A stretch of DNA of 63,752 bases, filler included, from Octopus bimaculoides (GCF_001194135.2; 5 parts of 5 records of this genome joined end to end with filler, not necessarily neighbours in it), one strand, 5' to 3'; positions 1 to 14,172 are shown, numbered from the whole stretch's first letter. The notes: generated by a model from the sequence alone, not told the origin. Made by a program: numbers and translations.

Positions 1-43
1 ACACACACACACAGACACACACACACACACACACACACACACC

Positions 44-115
<72 letters not shown>

Positions 116-140
116 CGTGTGTGTGTGTGTGTGTGTACAT
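1..140. repeat. Compound microsatellite (AC)n-(GATA)n-(GT)n
   Basis: Directly visible perfect tandem tracts. Confidence 0.97.
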
Positions 141-1445
141 ATATAGGTTGTCCGAGATAAATTTGGCGATTTTTTATGTCACCCTTTTCAGGAACATCTT
201 GATGTATTAACCACAACTCAACAGCGTTAGAGCTTGAAGTTTAAAGCTGTAAGAGGATGGATAGAATAGTTCTTAGGCTGACTATGAAAGAGTAGCGTTA
301 GCTCTGTGAAATCTCGCATACTTAATTTCAACTCTTCTTGTTTGTAACTGATTTTTTTTTCTTTCCAATTAAGCTGATATCTGATTGTCCAAAGAAGACT
401 TCCAATGTAACTAAGTATCGAATTTTCTTGAAAATGGAGAAAAGTTTGCATCGTGCTTTTATCAAGAACCAGCAGAAAAGGAGTTTAGACCCCTACGACA
501 TTGATACTGATATGGTTGCTACAATAGGAGATGATGCTCCATATAGTCAAAATAGCAAAAGCGGGCAGCTGAATTTAGGAGAGAAAGGGAAATATGGTTA
601 AAAAATGCTTATAAGAATGCTTATAAAGACAAGGAGCACAAGAAGGATGCTGAATGGTTGCAAGAACTGAAACAAACAGTAGTCTAACCAAAACAGGCAG
701 AACTAGTCATTTCAGTTAGGGAAGTGAAGGAAATCAACAAAAAAATGAGCAACTGAAAGGCCCCGGGACCAGATGGAGTTCAAGGCTACTGGATCAAAAG
801 ATTTGGTGAGTGTCATGCACGAATACCTGTTCATCCAAGGTCTGAAGGTCTTGAAACTGTCACTTCAGAGTAAAACATTGATCATGTTCACCACATGGTG
901 ATGGATGAAATAAATCAAATAGCCGATGTTATTAGCATATCTCATGAGAGAAATGAAAACATTCTACACAATGAGCTTAGTATGTCGAAGGTATCTGCTC
1001 GGTGGGTGCCACCTCTTCTGACACATGATCAAGAGCTCACCACGTTGATCACATCACGATACAATCTGACATTCTTTGAAGCAGACCCAACTAGTTTCCT
1101 TGAACATTTTCTAACCCAGAGACACAAAGACAATCCATGCAGAGGAAACACTTCTCTTCATTTCCTCCAAACAAGGCCAAATTCGTTTCATCTGCAGGAA
1201 AAGTGATGCTTTCAGTTTTTCGGGATGCAAAAGGCATTGGGTTTATTGACTATCTTCAAAAGATCCACACCATCAATAAACAGTATTTATGCGGTAGTTC
1301 CGAAAGATTATCAAGGCCATGATCCCAGGAAAACTGGCGAAAATGATCGTTTCATCAGGAAAATACTCCAGCACACAAGTCCTTGGCTTCAGTGGCTACT
1401 GTGCGTGAGAGTGGCCTCATCTGACTATCATCTATTCTCCTGAAA
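141..1445 (+). mobile_element. Degenerate mariner DNA transposon (transposase pseudogene), interrupted by a LINE fragment
   Basis: Frameshifted fragments read DMVATIGDDAPY, ENILHNELSMSKVSARWVPPLLT, SSAGKVM..VF.DAKGI.FIDYLQK and SDYHLF. These match the mariner WVPHEL-like and YSPDLAPSD regions. Left end is approximate. Confidence 0.85.
625..830 (+). mobile_element. Internal fragment of the R4/Dong-type LINE RT, nested in the mariner
   Basis: Near-identical to 5184-5385 (aaagacaaggagcacaagaa...ggccccgggaccagatgg...ggatcaaaagatttggtga), which is the KAPGPDG region of the RT. Confidence 0.85.
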
Positions 1446-1479
1446 TGGAGGATTGTAAGCCATCTGAATATTGGAAAAG

Positions 1480-1935
1480 AGTTACATGTATCATGATGAT
1501 TCGCGCCGCGAACCAAAACATCGACATCTTAATTCCGCTCAGTAGCTCTCTGAACACTCTAAACGCTGTAAGAGGTGACAGGGGCAGCTGCGACGGAGAC
1601 TACGAGGAGACAGCAGGAAATAGCACAGGAGACTTTCTGACGCAGTTAGAACGCCGGAACGGATCCCTACAGCTTTGAACAGGGTTCCAGTCTCAATTCA
1701 AACAGTTATGTGTAGGTGCTGGAGACTGTTGTCAATCCCTTACAGGAGAGTGTTGCTGCTGGCAAGACATGTGTAGCAGCAGGATTCGTCTCCTTACCGT
1801 ACCGCCGGAATGATTTCCAAGTGGTTGTTGGAGAATTTCCACGATTTCACTAACTCCAATTTCTGGTCTCCTAATTGCTCCGATTGTAATTCCATGGGCT
1901 ACTATGTGTGGGGTGCTTTTGTGCAAACTGCCAAG
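1480..1935 (+). mobile_element. Tc1/mariner-superfamily transposase remnant
   Basis: Degenerate translation gives VAAGKTCV.QQDS.P and KWLLENFHDFTNSNFWSPNCSDCNSMGYYVWGA, resembling the WPPNSPDLNPLDYxVWG motif of Tc1-like DDE/D transposases. Confidence 0.7.
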
Positions 1936-2700
1936 TTTGGCCTGAACACCCTGAAAATTGCGTACTCATCTTTCTCCTTCGCAAACCTCACACAAAGCAT
2001 ACACACACGCTCACACAGGTATATGTGTTATATATGTAAATATATATATGTATATATGTGTGCTTACATGAGGTCGGATTAAGAAAAATCTATGCCCTGA
2101 CAGACAAAGAATAACGCCATCAACACATATCCTTTGTTTTGATTAATTCTCATAAGTAATAAGTGCTGAATGTGAAATAATACATTAAAAGTTCAAATTT
2201 TTTTCCAGTCCGGAATCCAATCTAAAAGCTCAGTTTCTATTTAATAAAACATTCTAAAACTATATTTGTTTAACATTCAATATCATTAAACAATATAACC
2301 AAAATATTTATTTATAATTAGGACAACAAGGCATGATTGTAAAAAACAAAAGAAAAAAGTGGAAATTTATAATTCGTTTTTGCTCATTACTTGAAAAAAA
2401 AATTCAGTTTACTATTTGCAACATGATAAATCAGTTACTGGAGAAAAAACACTTTGGCGCCCTTTTCCTTCATACTGTAAACATAAGCTTATTTAGTTTA
2501 GTAATATATGTGTATACGCACACACACACACACACATACACACATACACATATATATATGTATATATATATATACAGAAATACACATGCACACAAAGATA
2601 TGAATGTACTAATATACGTATATGTGTATATATTTGTACATACGTATGTAGATATGTAGAAAATATACACATGCATATCTATATATATTAATGTACTTGC

Positions 2701-2737
<37 letters not shown>

Positions 2738-3084
2738 CGTTTTCTTTCTTTTAATTTCCTTTTGTTTTTGCAACAGTGGATTACATAAGATCTTATAAGT
2801 GGGGTAAGATGACAAAAAGGGGCAACAGAGCTTCTACAAAACAAGTTTCGGTTTTTCTGCAGTTTTTTTTTTGTTTTTTGGGTTTTTTTTGGTTACTAAT
2901 TCGGTATATGATTTTTGTTGAGAGTCACCAAAATGGCTCAAGCGGCAAGCTATTTAAGGTTAATAATATTGTGAAGTTAAATATGGTCAAAAAATGTCGA
3001 CAAATCACATACTTCAGAAGCAAAACCGCAAACAAAGATTTATCGAGCGATATTCATGTCCGAATCGGCAAATCCTAAGAAGCA

Positions 3085-3560
3085 TTAAATGAATTATCAA
3101 CCGTCTGGAAATCTAAGCCTCCATTAAATTTGAAGAGTAGTTTCTTTCAGGCGGTTGTGCAGTTAGTTTTCTAATATGGATGTACAACATGGACTCTAAC
3201 GAAACGTCTTGATAAGAAAGTGGTGGAACTCCCTTCATACAAGAATGCTTATAAAGAACTTTCTTTATATGCTCCGAGATGCTCTGGACATCTCCTGCAG
3301 ACAACAACCTACGAAAGAACTTCCCTATGGTAATTTACCACCAATATCACAAGTCATTAGAGAAAGAAGAATAAGATTGACTGCAGATGGCTGGAGAACA
3401 AAACGAAGCGATCATCAGCTACGCTCTCCTTTGGATATGCAAATGTTGGTCGACCAGATCGAACTTACATAAAGGAGGACTCCAAGTGCACCGGACCCTC
3501 TACGTGCAATGGCGGAGACATTCTACGTGCAATGGCGGACCGAACAGACTGGAGAGAACG
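3085..3560 (+). mobile_element. RTE-clade LINE 3' RT fragment
   Basis: Degenerate LIWKS.L...LKSSFFQAVVQLVF.YGCTTWTLTKRL and TRML...RDALDISCRQQPTKELPYGNLPPISQVIRERRIRL, typical of the RTE RT C-terminus. Confidence 0.7.
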
Positions 3561-3876
3561 AACTAGCATAGATTTATTCCCTGGTGAGAACACCAGTCAA
3601 TCGTAAGATGTAATCCATAACAGAATCAAATTATTTAATTCTGCAGTATATCTTCCATGAATGTTGTGAAACGCATATCTTAATAAAAGTATTCTATTTC
3701 ACCAAAAGGAATCTTGGATGTGAATTGTGCTTGTCATAAACTCAACATAAAAATTCGCAATAATCTCGGATAAGTGGTCTATATTCCATGTTTCAAAGCT
3801 TGGAAATAAGCAGTTACGTTAATGTAGATCACAGTTGCCGTCACATATACACTTCCTGCAAATATTAAAAGTACAC

Positions 3877-4546
<670 letters not shown>

Positions 4547-4567
4547 ATTAATAATAATAATAATAAC

Positions 4568-4627
<60 letters not shown>
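4547..4627. repeat. (AAT)n microsatellite
   Basis: Near-perfect trinucleotide tract immediately 5' of the LINE. Confidence 0.95.
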
Positions 4628-4628
<1 letters not shown>

Positions 4629-7133
4629 CGCAACCTGATAATCGCTACCTTATATGGAAAACAAAATATTGAACCAAGACACGAAAAATGTCAATGAAAT
4701 TCTGAAATACATCAGAACAAACAACATCACAGAAACAAATAATTTGATCAAGGCAAGTATTGTTGTCACAGAAAACGTAGGTGTTGATGTCAAGAAAAAG
4801 AAGCATAATGGGAGTGAAAACAGAAAAGATCCATGGTGGAAAAGAAGAATCCAGGCGGGGTTAGATATGCTATCGGAGGAAATCTCTGTGTTAGTCCGAA
4901 AAGAGAAAGGGGAGCTTAAAAGCGAACAAAAATAAAGGGCGCTGAAAAGGAAGTATAATATTGAAAGATGAAAGTAGTAGCGGAGGAACTGAAACAGCGC
5001 CTCATTGCAAAGAAAGCAGAGATGGTAAGATGCTACCAAAGAATGAAGGGTTACCATCAGAATAGGTTATTCAGAGTAGATAAGAAGAGATTCTATAAAG
5101 AAATAAATGGAGAGTGTACAGATGAAAAGTTGATACCAGATAACATTGATTGAAAGTCAACGGTTTTGGAGTGACATCTGGAGCAAAGACAAGGAGCACA
5201 AGAAGAATGCTGAATGGTTTCAAGAACTAAAACAAACAGTAGTCTATCCAAAACAGGCAGAATTATTCATTTTAGTAAGGGAAATGAAGGAAATCAGCCA
5301 AAAAAATGAGCTACTGGAAGGCCCCGGGACCAGATGGCTTTCAAGGCTTCTGGATCAAAAGATTTGGTGAATGTCATGCATGAATAGCTGCGCAACTCAA
5401 TACCTTGTTAAATTCCGAACAAGGAACACCAGAGTGGTTGACATTGGGTAGGACAATGCTGTGCCTAAAAAACATCGAAAAAGCAATACGGTAGACAATT
5501 ACAGGTCGATATTCTGTTTGCCACTTATGTGGAAGTTATTAACTGGAATACTCGCAGAGTCAATGTATGAACATCTGGAAAATAAGGAGTCCTGCCACAT
5601 GAGCAGAAGGGTTGCAAGCGTAAGTGCAGAGGTACCAAGGACCAACTCCTGATAGACACAACTGTACTCAGAGACTGCAGGAGGAGGAAAAGTAACTTAG
5701 CCATGTCATGGATCGACTATCTTAAGGCGTACGATATGATCGCACATTCTTTGATTATGGATTGTATGAACCTATTTGGTATTACATCGAATGTTGAGTG
5801 ATTGCTTGGGAAAAGTATGGCGAATTGGAGGACGGACCTGACAGCATACGGAAGAAGTTTAGGAACAGTAGAAATTAGGAGGGGCATCTTGCAAGGGGAC
5901 TACTTGTCCCCACTGATCTTTGTACTATGCTTGATACAACTAACACTGATTCTGAAGAAAGCAAAGTTGGGTATGTATTCAAAAGCCGCCAGCAAAAAAG
6001 TCAAGCATTTGTTATTCATGGATGACCTCAAACTTTATGGTAAAGATGAAGCCCAAGTCAGTTCCTTCGTTGATACGGTGTATACCTTCAGTGCTGATAT
6101 TAGAATGGAGTTCGGACTGAGAAAGTGTGGTGTGTTAGTCTTGAAAAGGGGCAAAATCAAATGTATGGACGGGCTAGCGATACCGTCGGGGGAGGTTATG
6201 AAGCAGCTAGAAGAGACGGGCTATAAGTACTTGGGGACACTGGAAATGGATAAATTGATGGAGAAAGAAATGACAGAAAAACTTAAGGTGGAGTACTTGC
6301 GCAGACTGAGACTGATCCTTAAGTCGAAATTAAATGGACGGAATAAGATCGAAGCTATCAACACCTGGGCGGTTTCACTCCTTAGATATGGAGCAGGAGT
6401 AATCACATGGAAAGTAGACGAACTAAACAGCTTAGACAGAAAGACAAGGAAGTTTCTAACTAGATATGGGTCACTCCACCCAAAAAGTGACACAGACAGA
6501 CTGTATGTACCAAGAAAAAGAGGGGGAAGAATACTTATTGGATGCGAACACATATTAGAGCAGAAGAAAACATAGCATGGTATGTAAAAATGTCACAGAA
6601 CCGCTATTAGCAGTAAGAAGATCAGGCTTGTGTAGGATGATTGCAAAGATAAAGCACTATACAAGCAATTGAAAACGGATGAAACTGAAAATAGGTGGGT
6701 AGAGAAAAGAATGCATGGTCAATTTTATAGGGATGTTGAAGATAAGACAGACAGAGTAAAAAGATGGCTGTGCATGTCTAAAAGGGATTTAAAACCGGAC
6801 ACGGAGGCTCTAATATGTGCTGCCCAAGAGCAAGCACTAAGAACAAACTACATAAAAAAACAGAAAGTGATTAGTGCAGAATCTGTGGACAAAACGGTGA
6901 AACCGTATGGCATATTACCAGCCAATATACGCCACATGCCCAGAATGAATAGAAGAGGCGACACAACAATATAGCCAAGCTTGTCCAGTGGACACTCTGC
7001 ACCAAGTATGGACTCGATTGAGCAAATAATTGGTATGACCACAAACTCGAAGGCATCGTCGAAAATAGAAATGCAAAGATCCTATGGGATTTTATAATTG
7101 TGTGCGACCATCAGATAGAGAATAGGAAGCCAG
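4628..7133 (+). mobile_element. R4/Dong-clade (RLE-type) non-LTR retrotransposon, degenerate and 3'-truncated
   Basis: RT motifs: KAPGPDG region, [63 protein letters not shown] (ORF 5802-6575). Then the zinc knuckle CRICGQNGETVWHITSQY, a KRRHN motif and NAKILWDF..VCDHQIENRKP, which breaks off at the start of the restriction-like endonuclease. Many frameshifts. Confidence 0.9.
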
Positions 7134-7304
7134 TAAAGCAGAGTTAGCGGTTATACTAACCGACTAAGGGATAAAATATCCGTATTTACTATCGGTATCA
7201 GTTACCTGTGCTATTTCCGGACATGGGTATGCAGGCACAGTATGCACGTATGGTAAGGTAACAACAGAATAAACAAAAGTTTATCAGGAATCAAATTTAA
7301 ATAT

Positions 7305-7798
7305 TCTGGAAATGGAAAACACCTTAGATCAACAAACAAACAAATTGGATAACATCTGTAGATTATTTTAAATACAAAACATGACATAACATTTCTGTGA
7401 AATAACAATTCTTACGGCCGTTTCCGCTTCCAATGTCAGTCAGAAGAATTACGAAAATAATATTCTTCATCTTCATACGATATTTTAACTAGTACATGGA
7501 GCTTCATCAGAGTGAATACAAAAGAGTCCAAAAAATAAGCAAAGGGAAGAGAGAATAGGAAAAAAACAAAGCCTAGAGAGAAAGCCAGGAAGCTCAATGT
7601 ATTAAAATCATGCCATCTTCCATCGTAGAGCTTAGAAGTCAATAGCTTTGAAGGCACCGACTGACATTAGAAGCGGAAGCTGCCGTTAGAATTGTTATGT
7701 CACAGAAATGTTATGTCATGTTTTGTATTTAAAAACAATCTACAGATATGGTCCAATTTGTTTGTTTATTGATCTAAAGCTTTCTCCATTTTCTGATT
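7305..7798. mobile_element. Foldback/MITE-like element with about 135-bp inverted arms
   Basis: About 7308-7443 is the reverse complement of about 7660-7795 (ttagatcaacaaacaaacaaattgg...aaatacaaaacatgacataacatttctgtg...ttccgcttccaatgtcagtc). The spacer is about 215 bp and non-coding. Confidence 0.8.
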
Positions 7799-7933
7799 AT
7801 ATATATATATATNNNNNNNNNNNNNNNNNNNNNNNNNNNNNNNNNNNNNNNNNNNNNNNNNNNNNNNNNNNNNNNNNNNNNNNNNNNNNNNNNNNNNNNN
7901 NNNNNNNNNATATATACATATATACATATATAC

Positions 7934-7999
<66 letters not shown>

Positions 8000-8564
8000 C
8001 TTCAAATATATAGATAAATAAATATAGATAGATAGAAAGATAGATAGCATTATTGTTAAACGTATAAGCAGTTAGATTAGTGCATGTACATGAAAATAAA
8101 ACACAATATTACCTACAGAAAAGTACCTCCTTTCATAGATGCAGGCAAGAATATGTAATAACGTATTCGTAAAGGCAGGCATACATTTGTATATATACAT
8201 GATGGGATTTCTACTTTGAATTTTATATATCATATACGTATGTTTATCATTGTCTGCCTTTATAGAAAATATATTGCATTTGCAAAACAAGCAAAGAAGC
8301 AAAATAATTAAGCAGGTATGAGTTGGTCGAGTTCTTTTCTCATTATTTAACTTTGCCCCTTTAACGACATGCAATTGAAATGATTTATGCGAAATGTTTG
8401 GCAATGTTATTTGGTCATATGCGTATGCTATATAAATGTGTTTATAATGACATCTTCCTACACAATACCTAACATTTACCCCTTGGAGATGCAAAATATA
8501 ATATATGTGTGTTTGTGATTCATGTCTGTGCATATATGTGCGTGTGTGTGTATGTGTGTATGTC

Positions 8565-8601
<37 letters not shown>

Positions 8602-9312
8602 TAAACAGACAAAAACTAAAGGAATTAAATAAGCACATATACATATACAACGAACAAAAATATATCATTACACGCACCTCTGCACACACTCACACACACA
8701 CACACGCACACAAACTCATAGACGTACACACTCCACTTTCTGACGTACATACAAGAACTCATTAACATACGCTCATATATATACATATATAAACTCATAG
8801 ATATGTACCTATATATATACATGTGTGTGTGTGTGTATGTAAGTATGTATGTATGTATGTATAATGACGTTTGGTATCTTTTTTTTTTACCAAGTGAAGC
8901 GAAACAAAAATCTTGGTTTCGAACAATGAAACTATCACTATTCTTCGTAATTCTTCTTTAGCTAACAATTTACCTATTTATTTCATTCCTGTATTTCATT
9001 ATGATCACTGACTTTGACGCTCTGCATTACCTTTGTTATGCTGTTTTTCTCTTTTTTTTTTTTCTTTTTGCGATTCAGCTGGTGACATTGAATCTATAAC
9101 ACAACTTGGCACCACACCTCACCATCCGATAAATACATCCGCTCCGCCACCAGCCAATACTGGCATTATTTCAACACCAGTCAAGTCGATCTTAATTTGT
9201 TTTCTTACAATACATTTTTTTTCCTGTCCGACCCTTCCTCCTGTGTTTTTTTTTTTGTTCCCATACACAAACTTGTTTATTGTTGTTGGTGCTAGTGTTA
9301 GTGGTGATGGTG

Positions 9313-9368
9313 ATCTTCTTCTTCTTCTTCTTCTTCTTCTTCTTCTTCTTCTTCTTCTTCTTCTTCTT
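9313..9368. repeat. (CTT)n microsatellite
   Basis: Perfect tract. Confidence 0.95.
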
Positions 9369-9599
9369 GTGCCGTCAGCCTCGCTTTACAGCTCCTTCAT
9401 TCTTATCACCTCCTCTTTTCATTCTACTTCTGCCTAATTTCTATTCTTCATCAGTATATCATCAACATTTATTGCACCATAAAATAAAATGAAAATAAGC
9501 TGACACTCTCAATAAAGATATTGTTAAAACTCATCACCACACAAGCACCCCTAAATCCGCCACTGCCATAATCATCAATACCGCTACCAACATCACTAT

Positions 9600-10270
9600 T
9601 CTTATTGTGGCTGAAGACGCTGGATGCTGTGAAAAACTGACATCAGCAGGTGAAGTAGCAGACGTGATGAGCGGCTGTATAGTGGGCAAATCGCCGGGAC
9701 TGGATGGTCTATCCTACGAACTTCATTGTTGAATGCCAAACTTGTTCGCTACTGTTCTCGCAGCTGTCTATTGCAACTGGCAGAAGATTTGGAATATCTG
9801 AGCTGTGTGATGCCAGGAGATGTGGCGTTGCTCAAGATTAATGTCTACTTCTGACCTGTAACTGTGCTCACTAAAGTGCATGTGGGATAGCAGTCTTTGT
9901 CTCTGAACTGCTGGCTCAGTTAAGGTGTCTGATGTGCACTCCGCACCAGACATCCAAATGGGTGGAAACTGGGAAGATATTGAGAATAGACTGGCCCTTT
10001 TCACTCAAAAATAGCTTGAGAGAAAACTATTCCTGAAAGGTCGGGTGGAACCGATTTAAATCTACCAACGATCGTAGAAATGAGAATAACCGGAGTAGAA
10101 TGTAAGGCAAGTTAAGTTGCTTTCTCTTCAGTGAATTTGGGCGATTACAAGGTAAAGCTCTGAGGAGCCGAGGGGCTTCAGCGCAGGAGCAGCTAGAGTC
10201 TACTAGCTGTAGTTCTCATTACGGATTTTGTTGAAATATGTAGGTGGAGAGGGGATATGAGTTTGAGACC
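9600..10270 (+). mobile_element. Tx1/L1-like LINE RT remnant
   Basis: GKSPGLDGLSYELH at about 9684-9726 matches the L1/Tx1 KSPGPDGLPYEFY motif. A degenerate RPITLL-like segment follows. Heavily disrupted. Confidence 0.6.
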
Positions 10271-10707
10271 GTCAGAAATGATAGTAAGTGAAAAAAGGAA
10301 CTAAAGGAAACCAGAATAAGATAAAGAGTTTCATTGAAAATACCAGCTGCCTTAGACGCCTTAAAGCCTTCATTTTATTACACGTTTTGAGTCGCATGCT
10401 GGAGCACATAAACCAATGACAACGAATTATTATTATGACTTTGGCTGGTCCTTAATGCATGATATACTCTTTGTTAATATTGCGGATACTGGATACTGAC
10501 ATCTAATATTGTAAGAATACTCATCTTATAATATTTTATCGGGCTTGCATCATTTCACTCACGTAATTGTATTTCCTTCCATTTAATTTCTTTAATATCA
10601 TTGGATCAATTAAACATGGTTTTTATTATTACAAACACACGTCTTTTTGTTTGTATGTAGATATGTATGTATGTGTGTAAGTATGTATTATGCATGCATA
10701 TATGTAC

Positions 10708-10745
<38 letters not shown>

Positions 10746-12120
10746 NNNNNNNNNNNNNNNNNNNNNNNNNNNNNNNNNNNNNNNNNNNNNNNNNNNNNNN
10801 NNNNNNNNNNNNNNNNNNNNNNNNNNNNNNNNNNNNNNNNNNNNNNNNNNNNNNNNNNNNNNNNNNNNNNNNNNNNNNNNNNNNNNNNNNNNNNNNNNNN
10901 NNNNNNNNNNNNNNNNNNNNNNNNNNNNNNNNNNNNNNNNNNNNNNNNNNNNNNNNNNNNNNNNNNNNNNNNNNNNNNNNNNNNNNNNNNNNNNNNNNNN
11001 NNNNNNNNNNNNNNNNNNNNNNNNNNNNNNNNNNNNNNNNNNNNNNNNNNNNNNNNNNNNNNNNNNNNNNNNNNNNNNNNNNNNNNNNNNNNNNNNNNNN
11101 NNNNNNNNNNNNNNNNNNNNNNNNNNNNNNNNNNNNNNNNNNNNNNNNNNNNNNNNNNNNNNNNNNNNNNNNNNNNNNNNNNNNNNNNNNNNNNNNNNNN
11201 NNNNNNNNNNNNNNNNNNNNNNNNNNNNNNNNNNNNNNNNNNNNNNNNNNNNNNNNNNNNNNNNNNNNNNNNNNNNNNNNNNNNNNNNNNNNNNNNATAT
11301 ATATATATATATATACACTTTATTTATAATCAAGGAAAGAATTTCAAGAAAGCAACACCTCAAAATTGAATTAATTTCAAAATAATGCAGAGTATATATT
11401 ATTTTTATTGATTATTAAATGCCGTCATATACTCTTCTATTCTGTTTAGTATCGTTCTAGATGAGAGGGCTCACGGTCATATCACTCCCGCGTTTCCTGG
11501 AGGAATGAAACACCATGGGTAATCCCAACAACCAATGTTCACTCTAATTTTGTTGATGTGGCTGTGCGCAGAAGTTTCCTTCTTTCCGCGTTTTGTTCAT
11601 ATTTGCAAAGTTTGCGAGCATCCCAGCGAGTTCGCTCAAATTTCTTAAGTTAAAAATCCTATTTTCGCGCACGTTTCCTTCTTTTCTAGTTTTAAAGATT
11701 AGCTGTACCCTCACAGGCGTTCAGTGTAGAGGGAGCAAAGCTAATAATCATCTCATAGCATGCTGGAAGTTGTCCTAAAAGTGAGAGAGAGTGCAAGGGG
11801 AAGAGACAGCGAGAGAGAGAGAGGAACTGCGAGGTAGAAAGAGATGCAAGCAGACACTGGAAGAGAACACGGACAACTTGACTGGCTCTTCAATCATGAA
11901 TACAAAATTGAAAGTTGATGCAGTTGAAATTTGAGCTCAGAACGCCAAGAGCCGAGACAATAATATTTAATATACACATTAGACAAGTATTTCATCAGTT
12001 CGAAGCCGATAATTCAGACGTTTTTGCCAGTCAAGAATTGTGTGTATCAATGCATGCGTCTATATATTTCTCTATATGCATGCATATATTCATATAAATA
12101 TATATATATATATATATATA

Positions 12121-12220
12121 NNNNNNNNNNNNNNNNNNNNNNNNNNNNNNNNNNNNNNNNNNNNTTAATTAATTAANNNNNNNNNNNNNNNNNNNNNNNN
12201 NNNNNNNNNNNNNNNNNNNN
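12121..12220. other. Assembly join: N44-TTAATTAATTAA-N44
   Basis: 12-mer at 12165-12176 centred in a 100-bp gap; the same construct occurs four times. Confidence 0.95.
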
Positions 12221-12574
12221 CATAAATCGTAATTTTTTAAAAGAGCAATGAATTCTGGGTGATTAGAATATAACGTAGCATGAATTTAGGAAGCTTAGAA
12301 AATGAATAAGCATGAATTTAAGACAACAACTGAATTCAATTGAATTTCATGGAGAGAAACAAGATAAATAATAAGGGACAAAACTAAAGCGCAAGGTATT
12401 GAGATGTTTGAGGCCGTAAATAAATAAAAATCTCTATCTTATCTGCATCTTGGGTATTTCGTCGTAGTACATAAAATGAGACACCAGTTTCTGTCCCCCT
12501 GTTTCACTAAAACCTTTCGTCATCCAACACAAGATGACCTCTTCCAATGCCTCCTCCCCTCTTGAAATCCTTTT

Positions 12575-12898
12575 GTTTGTTTCAATCATTTGACTGCGGC
12601 CATGCTAGAGCACCGCCTTTAGTCGAACACATCGACCCCAGGACTTGTTCTTTGTAAGCCTAGCACTTATTCTATCGGTCTCTTAGCTGAACCACTAGGT
12701 TACGGGGATGTAAACACACCAACATCGGTTGTCAAGCGGGCTTCTTTCAGTTTCCGTCTACCAAATCCATTCACAAGGCTTAGGTTGGCCCGTGGCTATA
12801 GTAGAAGACACTTACCCAAGGTGCCACACAAGGGGACTGAACTCAGAACCATGTGGTTGGTAAGCAAGCAACTTACCACACAGCCACTCCTACGCCTT
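12575..12898 (-). mobile_element. tRNA-derived SINE (family with ggctgtgtggtaag head and aaactgaaagaagccc core)
   Basis: Shares long blocks with copies at 29313-29726, 35908-36105, 39100-39220 and 42100-42215. Confidence 0.8.
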
Positions 12899-14129
12899 TT
12901 TTTTTTGGTCTTGCAAGGTACTCAGTGACCCTGTCAGTGCAAGTGCCACTTAAAAGCATCTAGTCCACACTGTAAAGTGGTTGGTGTTCGGAAGGGCATC
13001 CAGCTGTAAAAACCTTGCTAAAACTGACCCCGCCTGTGCTTGTGCCACGTAAAAATCACTGAGTCCACTCTGATGAGTGGTTGGTGTTAGGAAGGGCATC
13101 CAGCTGTAAGAATCATGCCAAAACAATCACAGAAGTCTGGTGCAGGCTTTGGCCTGGCCAGCNNNNNNNNNNNNNNNNNNNNNNNNNNNNNNNNNNNNNN
13201 NNNNNNNNNNNNNNNNNNNNNNNNNNNNNNNNNNNNNNNNNNNNNNNNNNNNNNNNNNNNNNNNNNNNNNNNNNNNNNNNNNNNNNNNNNNNNNNNNNNN
13301 NNNNNNNNNNNNNNNNNNNNNNNNNNNNNNNNNNNNNNNNNNNNNNNNNNNNNNNNNNNNNNNNNNNNNNNNNNNNNNNNNNNNNNNNNNNNNNNNNNNN
13401 NNNNNNNNNNNNNNNNNNNNNNNNNNNNNNNNNNNNNNNNNNNNNNNNNNNNNNNNNNNNNNNNNNNNNNNNNNNNNNNNNNNNNNNNNNNNNNNNNNNN
13501 NNNNNNNNNNNNNNNNNNNNNNNNNNNNNNNNNNNNNNNNNNNNNNNNNNNNNNNNNNNNNNNNNNNNNNNNNNNNNNNNNNNNNNNNNNNNNNNNNNNN
13601 NNNNNNNNNNNNNNNNNNNNNNNNNNNNNNNNNNNNNNNNNNNNNNNNNNNNNNNNNNNNNNNNNNNNNNNNNNNNNNNNNNNNNNNNNNNNNNNNNNNN
13701 NNNNNNNNNNNNNNNNNNNNNNNNNNNNNNNNNNNNNNNNNNNNNNNNNNNNNNNNNNNNNNNNNNNNNNNNNNNNNNNNNNNNNNNNNNNNNNNNNNNN
13801 NNNNNNNNNNNNNNNNNNNNNNNNNNNNNNNNNNNNNNNNNNNNNNNNNNNNNNNNNNNNNNNNNNNNNNNNNNNNNNNNNNNNNNNNNNNNNNNNNNNN
13901 NNNNNNNNNNNNNNNNNNNNNNNNNNNNNNNNNNNNNNNNNNNNNNNNNNNNNNNNNNNNNNNNNNNNNNNNNNNNNNNNNNNNNNNNNNNNNNNNNNNN
14001 NNNNNNNNNNNNNNNNNNNNNNNNNNNNNNNNNNNNNNNNNNNNNNNNNNNNNNNNNNNNNNNNNNNNNNNNNNNNNNNNNNNNNNNNNNNNNNNNNNNN
14101 NNNNNNNNNNNNNNNNNNNNNNNNNNNNN

Positions 14130-14172
<43 letters not shown>

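Noticed and set aside
9033-9437. Plus ORF with a strong acceptor near 9080 (GDIESITQLGTTPHH...)
   Set aside because: Isolated, runs into (CTT)n, and has no partner exons or recognisable domain.
11690-11774. Possible GGNBP2 terminal exon (in phase, GQLPACYEMIISF...stop)
   Set aside because: No similarity to the conserved GGNBP2 C-terminus, and it lies across a linker gap.
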